Source: a virus. Taken from it: 64,000 nucleotides of DNA. Numbering within the stretch: position 1 is the first letter of the stretch; each line of letters begins with the position of its first letter. The DNA lies in IMG/VR virus record IMGVR_UViG_3300050821_003452, positions 1-64,000 of that record, one strand, 5' to 3'. A program made the position numbers and the translations under genes. Below are positions 45,258-54,552 of this stretch, in pieces. The notes below the pieces were generated by a model. That model was not told where the DNA came from and made no database searches. It saw only the letters and a program-made list of their open reading frames with translations.

Positions 45258-45493
45258 TTTTTGGTGCGCCCGGCAGGATTTGAACCCACAACCCGGCGCT
45301 TATATGGCGCACGCTCTACCGTTGAGCTACGGGCGCTTGGATATGTCTGGATAGCGTGCTCGACCAAGCTCCGCATGTTCTTGAGAAGAAACACCATGTA
45401 GCGCGAGTTGGCATCGAAATCTCCCAAAGCTTCACGCTGGGAGATGACTTGTTCGACTTCGCCCTTGAAGGCTTGGAGTTGTTTTTTGTTCAT
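45254..45493 (-). CDS. Hypothetical protein whose 3' end overlaps a tRNA
   Basis: ATGA-coupled on both sides. Confidence 0.5.
   Translation of the reverse strand: MNKKQLQAFKGEVEQVISQREALGDFDANSRYMVFLLKNMRSLVEHAIQTYPSARSSTVERAPYKRRVVGSNPAGRTKK
45262..45336 (-). tRNA. Atypical tRNA, anticodon UAU (Ile), A at position 33
   Basis: GCGCCCG acceptor; GCTC/GAGC D-stem; GCGC-CATATAA-GCGC anticodon arm; GTGGG-TTCAAAT-CCTGC T-arm; encoded ACCA. Confidence 0.75.
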
Positions 45494-45699
45494 GGTTTCT
45501 TTAACGAGCGATCTGCATCATGACCCCGGGGCCCTCTTCCAATGTGAAGCATCGCGCATTCTGGGCAGATATAAACGCCGACTTTTGCCGGATTGCCGCG
45601 CTTCCTATTTCTCCACGTCAACTTATTCGCTTCCTTTTCTGCTTGGTCGAAGCTGGAGAAGGCGATCTTGCCGCGCTCATGGCATCTAGGTCCGCTCAT
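45490..45699 (-). CDS. Small zinc-binding phage protein
   Basis: C...GK..F....A....YICPEC...HIG. Confidence 0.65.
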   Translation of the reverse strand: MSGPRCHERGKIAFSSFDQAEKEANKLTWRNRKRGNPAKVGVYICPECAMLHIGRGPRGHDADRSLKKP

Positions 45700-45711
45700 G
45701 ACTTTCTCAAT

Positions 45712-46263
45712 TTAACAAGAACACGAAAAGGTATTGGGCTTGTGCAGCACTTTATGGCCCAGAACAACCTCAACATGATCCCAAAACTCAGGCGGGATTG
45801 AGGCGTGGCCATCCATGTCATAAAGACTGAAATAATCGGCATCAATCCTAATGTTGGGATTATGGCCCTTGATGCCCTCTATGACGGTCTCATAGCCGGG
45901 GCAGTCATTGTTATTACAGAAATCCCGCAGCCAAGCTTCTGACGTGGCTTTGTTATAGCCAAGCTCTGGCTCGCCTTTGAACGCTGGGTGGGTCCAGTCA
46001 TGGCGCAGCGACGTGATGGTGTTCGGGTTGACGAACATCCAGAAGCGGTCGCCGGGATTGACGGGCTTTTTCAGGAAAGGGTCCACGATGCCAACAGACA
46101 GCGGCCATGGACATATATCGACCGTGATTTGATCGTCGTCTACAAAAGTAATAGGCGTGCCGGGACTTAGCATGCGCTTGGCAATAACAGGAGCCACCGC
46201 AACGTGAATAGCATCGCGCGGTTCATTACCAGTCCTCAGTTGACCGACTTCAGTGTTAGACAT
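45712..46263 (-). CDS. Conserved phage hypothetical protein
   Basis: RDAIHVAV.PV, GIVDPFL, P.TITSLRH.W.HPAF, FSCSC. Confidence 0.75.
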   Translation of the reverse strand: MSNTEVGQLRTGNEPRDAIHVAVAPVIAKRMLSPGTPITFVDDDQITVDICPWPLSVGIVDPFLKKPVNPGDRFWMFVNPNTITSLRHDWTHPAFKGEPELGYNKATSEAWLRDFCNNNDCPGYETVIEGIKGHNPNIRIDADYFSLYDMDGHASIPPEFWDHVEVVLGHKVLHKPNTFSCSC

Positions 46264-46281
46264 TGATTTCCCTCTCAAAAG

Positions 46282-46369
46282 TGGCGGGGAGAGTAGGATT
46301 TGAACCCACGGAATCTTGCGGTTCTCTCGTTTTCAGGACGAGCGCGATAAGCCTCTCTGCCATCTCCCC
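46282..46369 (-). tRNA. tRNA-Ser(UGA), C at position 33
   Basis: GGGGAGA acceptor; CTCGT-CCTGAAA-ACGAG anticodon arm; long variable arm; GTGGG-TTCAAAT-CCTAC T-arm; GCCA end. Confidence 0.88.
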
Positions 46370-46393
46370 TTAAACCCACTATGGCACGATTAT

Positions 46394-46424
46394 TTGTCTA
46401 AAATAGGGCGTCGGGTTATATAAT
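46394..46424 (+). promoter_or_regulatory. Putative sigma70 promoter of packaging operon
   Basis: TTGTCT-17-TATATAAT immediately before ATG 46429. Confidence 0.55.
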
Positions 46425-46428
46425 CTCA

Positions 46429-46710
46429 ATGACTGAATTGCCCCAGATTGTCATCCCGCGCCCGGGCGGGGAAGCCAGACCCTATAAGACGCCGGATAAG
46501 CGCTGGGAAGAAGTTACACGTGAGATGTATGGCAGCAGTGAGTTACCGGATAGCATTCATCATCGCCATGATCCAGTCTGGAATGAACGATTTTGGAGCA
46601 TTCAGAATGCCCACGATCAGTCCGAAGGTAAGAAATTTGGATTTTGGGCCATTATTGGTATTATTTTCGTTCTAATGGACATGACTTGGTACTTCAGGGT
46701 GCGTTTCTAA
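46429..46710 (+). CDS. Small membrane protein
   Basis: C-terminal TM; TAATG coupling to terL. Confidence 0.5.
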   Translation: MTELPQIVIPRPGGEARPYKTPDKRWEEVTREMYGSSELPDSIHHRHDPVWNERFWSIQNAHDQSEGKKFGFWAIIGIIFVLMDMTWYFRVRF

Positions 46711-48350
46711 TGGAATTGCTTCGCAATGAGAGAATTACGCGCCTGAAAATGGCGACGATGAAGCTGCAAGAAAAGCAGCAAGCCAAAGCCTATGAAGGTC
46801 ATCTTATTGATTTTGTGAAGTATTGCTGGTCGATTGTGGACCCAGCCATTCCTTTTATTGAAGGCTGGGCAATTTCGGCAATATCTGAGCATTTAGAGGC
46901 TGTTACAAGAGGCGAGATAAGAAGGCTTCTTATCAACGTGCCTCCGGGCTTTTCAAAAAGCACATTGACCAACGTGATGTGGCCGGCATGGGAGTGGGGA
47001 CCACAAAATCGGCCTTGGTATCGATATGTCTGTGCCTCTTATTCGAACCACCTGACCGAGCGCGACAACATGAAGTGCCGGAACGTGGTTATGTCCGAGC
47101 GCTATCAGAAACTTTGGGGCAACAGGTTCAAAATCTCCAACGAGCAGTTCACCAAGGTCAAATTCGCCAACGATCAGACTGGCTGGAAACTGGCGACTTC
47201 GACTGGAGGCATCGGCGTCGGTGAGCGTGGCGATAGGTTCGTGATCGACGACGCCAACAACACCATGATGATGGAGAGTGAGGCCGTCCGCTGGACCACC
47301 AATATGTGGTTTACGGAAGTCGTGCCTGACCGACTTAATAATCCCAAAGACAGCGCAATTGTCGTTATTCAACAGAGACTTCATGAGGAAGACGTTTCTG
47401 GCGTGGCCCTCTCAAGGAATCTTGGCTACACGCATCTCTGCGTTCCAATGGAGTATGTACCGCACGGCATGGTAAATGGGTATGATACTACCGGAAAGAT
47501 CAGGAATTTCGATACTTGGGATGCTGAAGAGGAACAGCCAGTTAAGGTCTTCTGGCAAGACCCACGCACGCAAGACGGAGAGCCGGCGTGGCCAGAGCGA
47601 TTTGGCCCGGATGAAATTGAGGAACTAAAAAGTGCCAAGGGGCCATACGCTTGGGCTGGTCAGTATCAGCAAACCCCCGAAGTTCGTGGTGGTAGCATCA
47701 TACGGCGAGACTACTGGCAGCACTGGGAAGCTCCACGCTTTCCAGATAATATAGAATACATACTGGCCTCCTTGGATACCGCTTACACCGAGAAACAAGA
47801 AAACGACGCCAGTGCCCTGACGATCTGGGGTGTTTTTAGGGATGCCAACAAGAACCCCAAGGTTATCTTGCTTTATGCGTGGGAAGAGCGCCTAGAAATT
47901 CATAAGCTTGTTCAAAGGGTTATAAGTAGCTGTAAAGGTGATGCGGCAACCGGGAGGCCGCCTGTAGATAGGTTGCTTATTGAGGCCAAGGCTTCAGGCT
48001 TATCAGTTAGTCAGGAAATTCGCAGAATAATTGGCTTCAATGGTGAATTCGGTATCGAGCTAATTAATCCCACCAAGCAGGGCGATAAAGTCGCCCGCGC
48101 GCACAGCGTTATTCATATGTTCTCAGATGGCATGATCTACACCCCCAAAGGTTATACTTGGTGTGACAAAGTAATTGATCAGTCTGCCGTTTTCCCCAAA
48201 GGCTCTCATGATGACTTGGTGGATAGTACTACTATGGCCCTGAGATATCTGCGCGATTTCGGCTTCGCTCTAATGCGAGAGGAAGCCAAATTCGACCTTG
48301 AAGAAGAATTCCGATATCGTCCCCGCCAGCGCGTGCTCTACCCGTGCTAG
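46710..48350 (+). CDS. terL: Terminase large subunit
   Basis: LLINVPPGFSKS, FVIDD, IQQRLH, GQYQQ.P, SLDTAY, IEAKASG, DKVARA, FP..SHDDLVDS. Confidence 0.95.
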   Translation: MELLRNERITRLKMATMKLQEKQQAKAYEGHLIDFVKYCWSIVDPAIPFIEGWAISAISEHLEAVTRGEIRRLLINVPPGFSKSTLTNVMWPAWEWGPQNRPWYRYVCASYSNHLTERDNMKCRNVVMSERYQKLWGNRFKISNEQFTKVKFANDQTGWKLATSTGGIGVGERGDRFVIDDANNTMMMESEAVRWTTNMWFTEVVPDRLNNPKDSAIVVIQQRLHEEDVSGVALSRNLGYTHLCVPMEYVPHGMVNGYDTTGKIRNFDTWDAEEEQPVKVFWQDPRTQDGEPAWPERFGPDEIEELKSAKGPYAWAGQYQQTPEVRGGSIIRRDYWQHWEAPRFPDNIEYILASLDTAYTEKQENDASALTIWGVFRDANKNPKVILLYAWEERLEIHKLVQRVISSCKGDAATGRPPVDRLLIEAKASGLSVSQEIRRIIGFNGEFGIELINPTKQGDKVARAHSVIHMFSDGMIYTPKGYTWCDKVIDQSAVFPKGSHDDLVDSTTMALRYLRDFGFALMREEAKFDLEEEFRYRPRQRVLYPC

Positions 48351-48358
48351 GGGCTTAA

Positions 48359-51190
48359 ATGGTCAGGTCAGTTAATACCGGCACAATCCGCTTGGATGAC
48401 CCCAAGCAGCAAAATCCATTTACCTTGCCGTCTACTGTTAATCTGCCACAGCCGGCACCAAACGGTGCCATGACCATTGAAAATGGCATAGGCAAGACTG
48501 AACATCCTGATGGATCGCTGACGGTTGATTTTTCTCCTAAGGCTACACAAGCAAAAGGTAAATCTGGGGACTGGTTTGGAAATCTTGCCGACGAGATTGA
48601 TGCTGGCGAGCTATCTAGGATTGCCTCAGAGCTTCTGGAAGGCATTCAATCCGATGATCAGTCTCGTAAAGACTGGCTAGAGACCCGCGCAAGAGGTATT
48701 GCGCTTCTTGGACTTAAATTGAATGAGCCCAAGGGAGAAGTAACTTCAGAGGGCGTGTCTTCGGTCCAGCACCCTCTTTTATTGGAAGCCACCCTTCGAT
48801 TTCAAGCCAATGCCAGAGGTGAGTTGCTGCCGGCAGCAGGTCCAATAAAAATCCGCAATGACGCGCCCGTTGCCCCAAAAATACCATCTTATACGATGCC
48901 AATGTCTAACCCGCAGGGTCCGCCTGCTGGTCCGGGTGGCGGTCCTCCACAACCGCCTCAATCGCAACCTGCCCCCGGTGCGATGCCGTCACCCGGAGCC
49001 CCTCCCAACGGGGGGCCTCCTATTCCACCCCCGCCGCCTACCCCGGGCTCTGGGCCTATGCCCGGCCCGGGGGCTTCTCCGCAACAGCCGCCCCCGCCTC
49101 AGACTGGATTGATGGCGCCGCCCAAGCCGGTCATTCCCGGGGGCATGAATTCTGCTTCAGATGAATTAGCAGAAGCGCTTGAGACTGACCTTAATCATTG
49201 GATTACGGCAGTCGCGACAGAATACTATCCCGACACCGATAGAATGTTGTTCTGGGTTGGATGCGGCGGCCAAGGTATCAAGAAAGTATACAACTGCCCG
49301 CTACGAAGGAGACCCGTTTCCGAAAGCATCGATGCGGAAGATTTGATTGTCTCCAACGCCGAAACAAATCTGGAAAACTGCGGGAGAATTACTCACCGCA
49401 TCAAGATGCGTCCCGCCGTTCTCAAGCGCATGCAATTGGTGGGCGCTTATCGCGACATAGAATTGACTGGGCAGCAATACATGATGCCCGATCCTGTTAA
49501 AGAGAAGAAACAGGAAATCCAAGGCATTATTCCGCAAGTAAATCGTCCGCAGGATGCCGAGCATGAAATCTATGAGTGTTACTGCGAATTGGATATCTCT
49601 GGTTTTGAACACAAGACTAAAGGCAAGATAACAGGACTTCAGCTTCCCTATGTCGCCACCATCCACAAAGAGAGCCGGCAAATCCTCGCGCTTCGCCGCA
49701 ACTGGCGCGAAGACGATAAAATGTGCATGGCGAAGGAATATTTCGTTGATTTTGCCTTTGTGCGCGCTCTTGGCTTTTATGGTATTGGCCTTATCCATAT
49801 TCTTGGAAACACCACAAGCGCCCTGACGGCAGCGTGGCGTATTCAGCTTGATGCCGGGATGTTTTCTTGCTTTCCCGGCTTTGTTTACGCCAAGCAATTT
49901 GGCCGGCAACTCACCAATCAATTCCGCGTTCCCCCGGGCGGTGGCATTCCCATCGATACCGGCAACATGCGTATTCAGGATGCTGTCATGCCGCTCCCTT
50001 ATAAGGAGCCCGGCAGCGCATTCATGCAACTGACCCAGAATATCGAACAGCTTGGTCAGCGTGTTGGCGGCACGGCTGAAATCTCGGTTGGCGAAGGCAA
50101 CCAAGAGGCCCCGGTAGGCACGACGCTGGCGCTGATTGAGCAGGCTACCAAGACCATGGATGCCGTGCATAAGCGGCTTACGTCTGCGCAGGCCAAGGAA
50201 TTCCAGCTTCTCAAGGAGCGCTTCAAAGAAGACCCGGAAGCCTTCTGGCGCCATAACAAGCGTCAGACGCATCCTTGGGAGAAGAAGCAGTTTCTTGAGG
50301 CGCTAGACAATAGCAATCTTGTTCCTGTTGCCGATCCGAACAATCCGACCAGCATGCACCGCATTGCCAAGGCGGTGGTGATCAAGACGCTTCAGCAGGG
50401 CGCTCCCGATCTTTATGATCCAATCGCAGTCGATACCCGCATTATGCGGATTACGGGCATCGATCCCGAGGGCCTCTTCAGGCAGACACCGCAGGAGCCG
50501 CCGCCCAATCCAAATCTCATTGCAGCGCAGGCCAAGCAGCAAGCCAACCAGCAACAGGCTCAAAGCCAGATGTTGCAGATGCAATTGAAAATGAAAATTC
50601 AGGAGATGCAGTCTCAGGACAAGGCTGCTGACCGCACTTCACGCGAGAAGACCGAGCAGATGAAGATCATGCTTGAGCGTCTTCGCATTCAGGAAGAGAG
50701 CATTATCCATCGCGGGCAGGCCGAGCAGGAAATGCATCACAAGGCCCTCAATCTTTTGATGGACCATCAAAGCGATCAGGCCAAGAACCAGAATGACATT
50801 GCCATGCAGCAGCAGAAGCAGGCCGCTGATATGGAAATGAAACGCGGCGGCATGGTCTTGGATATGCACCACAAGCATATTGAGAAACAGCATGACCTTG
50901 ATATGCAGCGCGAGACCCACGCTCAGGAAATGCAAATGGAGCGCGAGCGTCACCAACATGAGCTTGAGCTATTGCGGGACAAGCATGAGAAAGAGCTTGA
51001 GCATAAGAAGGCCACGTCCAATGCTGATCTCAAGCATCAGCGATCCATGGACCGGCAGGAAGTCACCAGCAAGCGCCACGAAATCCAGAGCAAGGAGCGC
51101 ATCGCCAAGATTGGTGCGCAGGCCAAGATCGCGGTGGCCAAGCAGGCGGCCAAGCACAGGCCGAAACCCACAAGTGGGGGAAGCAAATGA
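48359..51190 (+). CDS. Portal protein
   Basis: Follows terL; D..SR.DW, HPLLLEA..RFQA.A..EL.PA.GP, GFYGIGLIH, PVGTTLALIEQ; Pro-rich insert and long C-terminal coiled coil. Confidence 0.9.
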   Translation: MVRSVNTGTIRLDDPKQQNPFTLPSTVNLPQPAPNGAMTIENGIGKTEHPDGSLTVDFSPKATQAKGKSGDWFGNLADEIDAGELSRIASELLEGIQSDDQSRKDWLETRARGIALLGLKLNEPKGEVTSEGVSSVQHPLLLEATLRFQANARGELLPAAGPIKIRNDAPVAPKIPSYTMPMSNPQGPPAGPGGGPPQPPQSQPAPGAMPSPGAPPNGGPPIPPPPPTPGSGPMPGPGASPQQPPPPQTGLMAPPKPVIPGGMNSASDELAEALETDLNHWITAVATEYYPDTDRMLFWVGCGGQGIKKVYNCPLRRRPVSESIDAEDLIVSNAETNLENCGRITHRIKMRPAVLKRMQLVGAYRDIELTGQQYMMPDPVKEKKQEIQGIIPQVNRPQDAEHEIYECYCELDISGFEHKTKGKITGLQLPYVATIHKESRQILALRRNWREDDKMCMAKEYFVDFAFVRALGFYGIGLIHILGNTTSALTAAWRIQLDAGMFSCFPGFVYAKQFGRQLTNQFRVPPGGGIPIDTGNMRIQDAVMPLPYKEPGSAFMQLTQNIEQLGQRVGGTAEISVGEGNQEAPVGTTLALIEQATKTMDAVHKRLTSAQAKEFQLLKERFKEDPEAFWRHNKRQTHPWEKKQFLEALDNSNLVPVADPNNPTSMHRIAKAVVIKTLQQGAPDLYDPIAVDTRIMRITGIDPEGLFRQTPQEPPPNPNLIAAQAKQQANQQQAQSQMLQMQLKMKIQEMQSQDKAADRTSREKTEQMKIMLERLRIQEESIIHRGQAEQEMHHKALNLLMDHQSDQAKNQNDIAMQQQKQAADMEMKRGGMVLDMHHKHIEKQHDLDMQRETHAQEMQMERERHQHELELLRDKHEKELEHKKATSNADLKHQRSMDRQEVTSKRHEIQSKERIAKIGAQAKIAVAKQAAKHRPKPTSGGSK

Positions 51191-51447
51191 CCACGGCGCC
51201 CAATTTGATCGTTCTGGCGGGCTTTTTGCCTGAGTTTCAAATTGGCGCTACAGTACGCCTGAAATCTGGCAGCCCGACCATGACTGTGACGGCGGTAGAA
51301 GACCGACACGTTGAAGTTCACTGGTTTGAGGGCGATGTTGGAATGCAGAAGATTTTCCCGGTAGCGGCATTGAAAGCCATATCGAAGTCTAGGAGAGAGC
51401 AGGATGAAACCGTTTGCGGACGAAGCTCACAAGACAAAGCGGGCTAA
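51187..51447 (+). CDS. DUF2158/YodC-like small protein
   Basis: FQIG.TVRLKSGSP.MTV......VHWF. Confidence 0.7.
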   Translation: MTTAPNLIVLAGFLPEFQIGATVRLKSGSPTMTVTAVEDRHVEVHWFEGDVGMQKIFPVAALKAISKSRREQDETVCGRSSQDKAG

Positions 51448-51655
51448 GATGGGCTGCATAACCGGCTCGCCAGCCAACTTCGAAAGTGGCGCAGATAAAG
51501 CCGAGCGCCTTTGCCGTGGCGGCATGGCCGATGGTGGAGAAGTGGAAGCAACCCCGCTCCCGGCAAGCCCTTTCGAAGAAGTAAAACCTATTAAATCCCC
51601 GCGTTCCGGGCGAGCGCCTCGCCAGCCAGTGACCCCACCCCCTAATGAAATGTAA
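51404..51655 (+). CDS. Small protein with xxGG motifs
   Basis: GGAG RBS; RGGMADGGEV; N-terminus resembles the next gene (PF..EAHK). Confidence 0.55.
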   Translation: MKPFADEAHKTKRAKMGCITGSPANFESGADKAERLCRGGMADGGEVEATPLPASPFEEVKPIKSPRSGRAPRQPVTPPPNEM

Positions 51656-51666
51656 GGAAACCCAAT

Positions 51667-51963
51667 ATGTCTCACCCCTTCAAGAAAGAAGCCCACAAGA
51701 GCCACAAGGAAAAAGCCAAGAGCATGGGCAGGGTGAACAACCTTGATATCCCTATTATGAGCGCTGTTGGCGAGAACCGCGCTGGCGGCATCCATGAAAG
51801 CTCAGCGACCATGCAGCATATGAAACAGGCCGGCGATAATGGCATGAAGCGCGGTGGAAGAGCCTATCCACTTCATGAAGCCGGCTCAGGCAGTGGTGAG
51901 GGTCGTCTTCAGAAGAACCACAAGGGCAAGCCGCCGTTAAAGCCGATTATGCATGGCGACTAA
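51667..51963 (+). CDS. Small basic protein with KRGG motif
   Basis: MSHPFKKEAHK..., MKRGGRAY, AGSGSGEGRLQK. Confidence 0.65.
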   Translation: MSHPFKKEAHKSHKEKAKSMGRVNNLDIPIMSAVGENRAGGIHESSATMQHMKQAGDNGMKRGGRAYPLHEAGSGSGEGRLQKNHKGKPPLKPIMHGD

Positions 51964-52151
51964 TGGAAACCGTCTTTGAAAGACGCCTGAAAGAGAAAAT
52001 CGGCTTGATGCGCGACATGGTAATCCAGTCCATGGCCGATACCGGGTATTCCTCTTTTGACGAATACAGGTACAATCTGGGTTATCTTCAGGCGCTCAGG
52101 CGTGTGGTTGAAGAAATAGAAGAAGTCCAAGACGAACTAAGGAAATCCTGA
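51963..52151 (+). CDS. Conserved small head-module protein
   Basis: EYRY.LG.LQAL pattern preceding a GroES-like gene. Confidence 0.65.
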   Translation: METVFERRLKEKIGLMRDMVIQSMADTGYSSFDEYRYNLGYLQALRRVVEEIEEVQDELRKS

Positions 52152-52561
52152 TGCCGGTTGTTTCTGCCCAAAAAATTACCCAGCTTTCACAAGCAAAAGA
52201 CCCAAAAACCGCAATGTTAGAGGCAATTGGGGATACTTCCGGGGAAGAGCTTTTCCACAATCAGATTTTGGTTGTGACCTATGTGAGACCCGAAAAGACC
52301 ACTGGCGGCATCATCCGGCCTCAGACGAATGTAGGAGAGGATGAATATCAGGGAAAGGTGGGATTAGTGGTAAAGAAGGGAAAGACCGCCTTCGTTTCTG
52401 ACGACGAACAGGACTTCAAGGACCAAGACGTTGATGTTGGCGACTGGGTTGTTTACCGCGTGGGGGACGGTTGGGCTTTGACTATTCGCGGTACGCCGTG
52501 TCGCATTCTTACTGATCGAACCATCCGAATGAAAGTTAAAAGCCCGGAGGATATTTTCTGA
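52151..52561 (+). CDS. GroES-like co-chaperonin
   Basis: ILV....EKTTGGII.P.....VGLVVK.G..A....VGDWVVY. Confidence 0.75.
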   Translation: MPVVSAQKITQLSQAKDPKTAMLEAIGDTSGEELFHNQILVVTYVRPEKTTGGIIRPQTNVGEDEYQGKVGLVVKKGKTAFVSDDEQDFKDQDVDVGDWVVYRVGDGWALTIRGTPCRILTDRTIRMKVKSPEDIF

Positions 52562-53631
52562 TGCCGCGCACGCGTCCACTTAAAACCAAGGAGGAAATCG
52601 ACAAGGTTCCTCTTGAGAGGCCGGTTACTGTTTCTCTCGAACCAGATGGAGTGGTCAATCTTGAGGACGAGCAAAATCCATTTGAGGAAAATCAGCCGCT
52701 TAAAACCAAGACGAAGCCCGCACAATCTGAGCAAGTTCCAGATAGACAGACTGGAAAAACGCGCCCTCAAAATGGGGCTACCGATCCCGAAGATGACGTA
52801 TCGGACCTAAGGCAACAGCTTGAGGATATGCGTCGCGCCAAAGACGAGGGCGATAAGCGCATTGCCGCCGAAATCCGCGCCCGTCAGGAAGCCGAAAAAG
52901 CGGTTCGCGAGCGTGAGCGTGAAGCTTCTCACTCGCGCGTGCGCGCCGAAGATGCTGAATACGATGCCATTCTTAATGCCATCGATGCCGCGAAATCAGA
53001 GGCCGAGCGGGCCGAGCGCGATATCGCCATGGCCAGTGAGGCCGGCGATCACAAGACGGTAGCAGAAGCCAATCGCCGTCTTGCGCGGGCCGAAAGCCGA
53101 TTGGCGCAGCTAGAAGACGGCAAAGAAGCCATTGAAAGCCAGAAAACAGTAGAAGCCGCGCGGCTCAAGGCGGAACGCGAAAATCCTCGCCAGCAAGAGC
53201 GTCAGGCTCCCGGCTCGATTGACGAATATATCGATCAGCTTCCCAATTTAATGCCAAGCCAGCGTGATTGGCTCAGGGAGCATCCAGACGCGCTCACCAA
53301 CCCAAGGCTCAATATGCGACTTCAGGGCGCGCATGTTGAAGCCGAAGATCAGGGTTTGCGTCCGGGTAGCCAGAAATATTTTGACTACCTTGAGAGCCGC
53401 CTTGGCTACACAGAACAGGAAGATGAGGAAACACAAGTGAACAGAACGCCTGTATCGGCGCCACCCTCCAAGGCCGCTACCAATCCATCCACTGGCAGGC
53501 CCAGCACGCGGCAGATTACCCTCACTCCGGAACAGCGCGAGATTGCGCGTCTGTCTGGTATCGATGAAATCACATATGCCAAGCAACTTCAGAAGCTTAA
53601 TGCCATGAAGGCTGAGGGCACACTTAACTAG
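52561..53631 (+). CDS. Capsid scaffolding protein
   Basis: Acidic coiled coil; P.S..YFD; C-terminal ITLTPEQREIA...GI...YAKQ. Confidence 0.75.
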   Translation: MPRTRPLKTKEEIDKVPLERPVTVSLEPDGVVNLEDEQNPFEENQPLKTKTKPAQSEQVPDRQTGKTRPQNGATDPEDDVSDLRQQLEDMRRAKDEGDKRIAAEIRARQEAEKAVREREREASHSRVRAEDAEYDAILNAIDAAKSEAERAERDIAMASEAGDHKTVAEANRRLARAESRLAQLEDGKEAIESQKTVEAARLKAERENPRQQERQAPGSIDEYIDQLPNLMPSQRDWLREHPDALTNPRLNMRLQGAHVEAEDQGLRPGSQKYFDYLESRLGYTEQEDEETQVNRTPVSAPPSKAATNPSTGRPSTRQITLTPEQREIARLSGIDEITYAKQLQKLNAMKAEGTLN

Positions 53632-53641
53632 GAGAAATCAA

Positions 53642-54238
53642 ATGGGCCGTCCCCCGGGCGTCAAGAACAAGCCCAAGGTTGCTACCGTTGAGCAGGTTGG
53701 TGGGACCATGAAGTCCACGCCGCGTATGGCCGGCTCAACTGCAAGGGAAGCCATTGCTCCGCTTAAAACCAAGGCCAAGCCAGTTCGTGTCGATCAGCAA
53801 GTCTATGATCGCAGAGTGGCTTTGGAGGAAGAGCAGGACGCACTTTATATTCCGCCCGAGCTTATTCCTGATGGCATGAGATATAACTGGAAGACGCTTT
53901 CGGTACTGGGCCAGCAGCAAACCCGCAGATTTGGCCGGTTTGAGGCCACCGGATGGTCTCCAGTCCCGGCAGAGCGTCATCCGGGCCTGTTTACTCCCAA
54001 GGGCTTCAAGGGAAATATCGAATATGACGGCTTGGTCCTGATGGAAAAGCCGGAAGAGTTGTGTCTGCAAAGCGAGGCCCGGGAATATATGAAAGCCCGC
54101 GCCCAAGTGATGGGTAAAGAAGCCCAGATAAGGGGTGGCGATGTAGATGGCGTTGGATTTGACACCAAGCATCGCTCTGCACAGCGCGTTAATCGCGTAA
54201 GTAAATCCTATGAGCCTTTCAAGGTCCCTGAAGAATGA
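53642..54238 (+). CDS. Conserved head-module protein
   Basis: PDG..Y.W......GW.PVPA.RHP.....I.YDGLVLMEKP. Confidence 0.7.
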   Translation: MGRPPGVKNKPKVATVEQVGGTMKSTPRMAGSTAREAIAPLKTKAKPVRVDQQVYDRRVALEEEQDALYIPPELIPDGMRYNWKTLSVLGQQQTRRFGRFEATGWSPVPAERHPGLFTPKGFKGNIEYDGLVLMEKPEELCLQSEAREYMKARAQVMGKEAQIRGGDVDGVGFDTKHRSAQRVNRVSKSYEPFKVPEE

Positions 54239-54425
54239 GCCAAACTCCAGATATGCCAGACGATTTTTGGCCAGAAGAAATTATTGTAGTGGGGAAATAT
54301 AAAAATCACGAATTGGCGTTTGCCATAACCCTTAATGGGTTCCATGCCGGCACCGATTTAGCTGGATTTGAAACGAGTATAAATGCCTTGCGTCGGTGTC
54401 TCTGGAATGAGGTAGAGCACCAAAT

Positions 54426-54454
54426 TTGACAGATATTAGTTTCTGTCATAAATA
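54426..54454 (+). promoter_or_regulatory. Sigma70 promoter with overlapping palindrome
   Basis: TTGACA-17-TAAATA; TGACAGA-N8-TCTGTCA inverted repeat over -35 and spacer. Confidence 0.65.
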
Positions 54455-54552
54455 TACTAACTGTTAAGTACGCGCTGTACTTAATTTCCCCCTCCATCAC
54501 GCGCTGTGGTGGCTCAACCGAACGCAACAATTGCGTTCAGAAAGAGCTACCT

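Noticed and set aside
46282-46369. tRNA as a selenocysteine or opal-suppressor tRNA, or a sign of genetic recoding
   Set aside because: Anticodon UGA reads the Ser codon UCA; genes translate normally with all three stops
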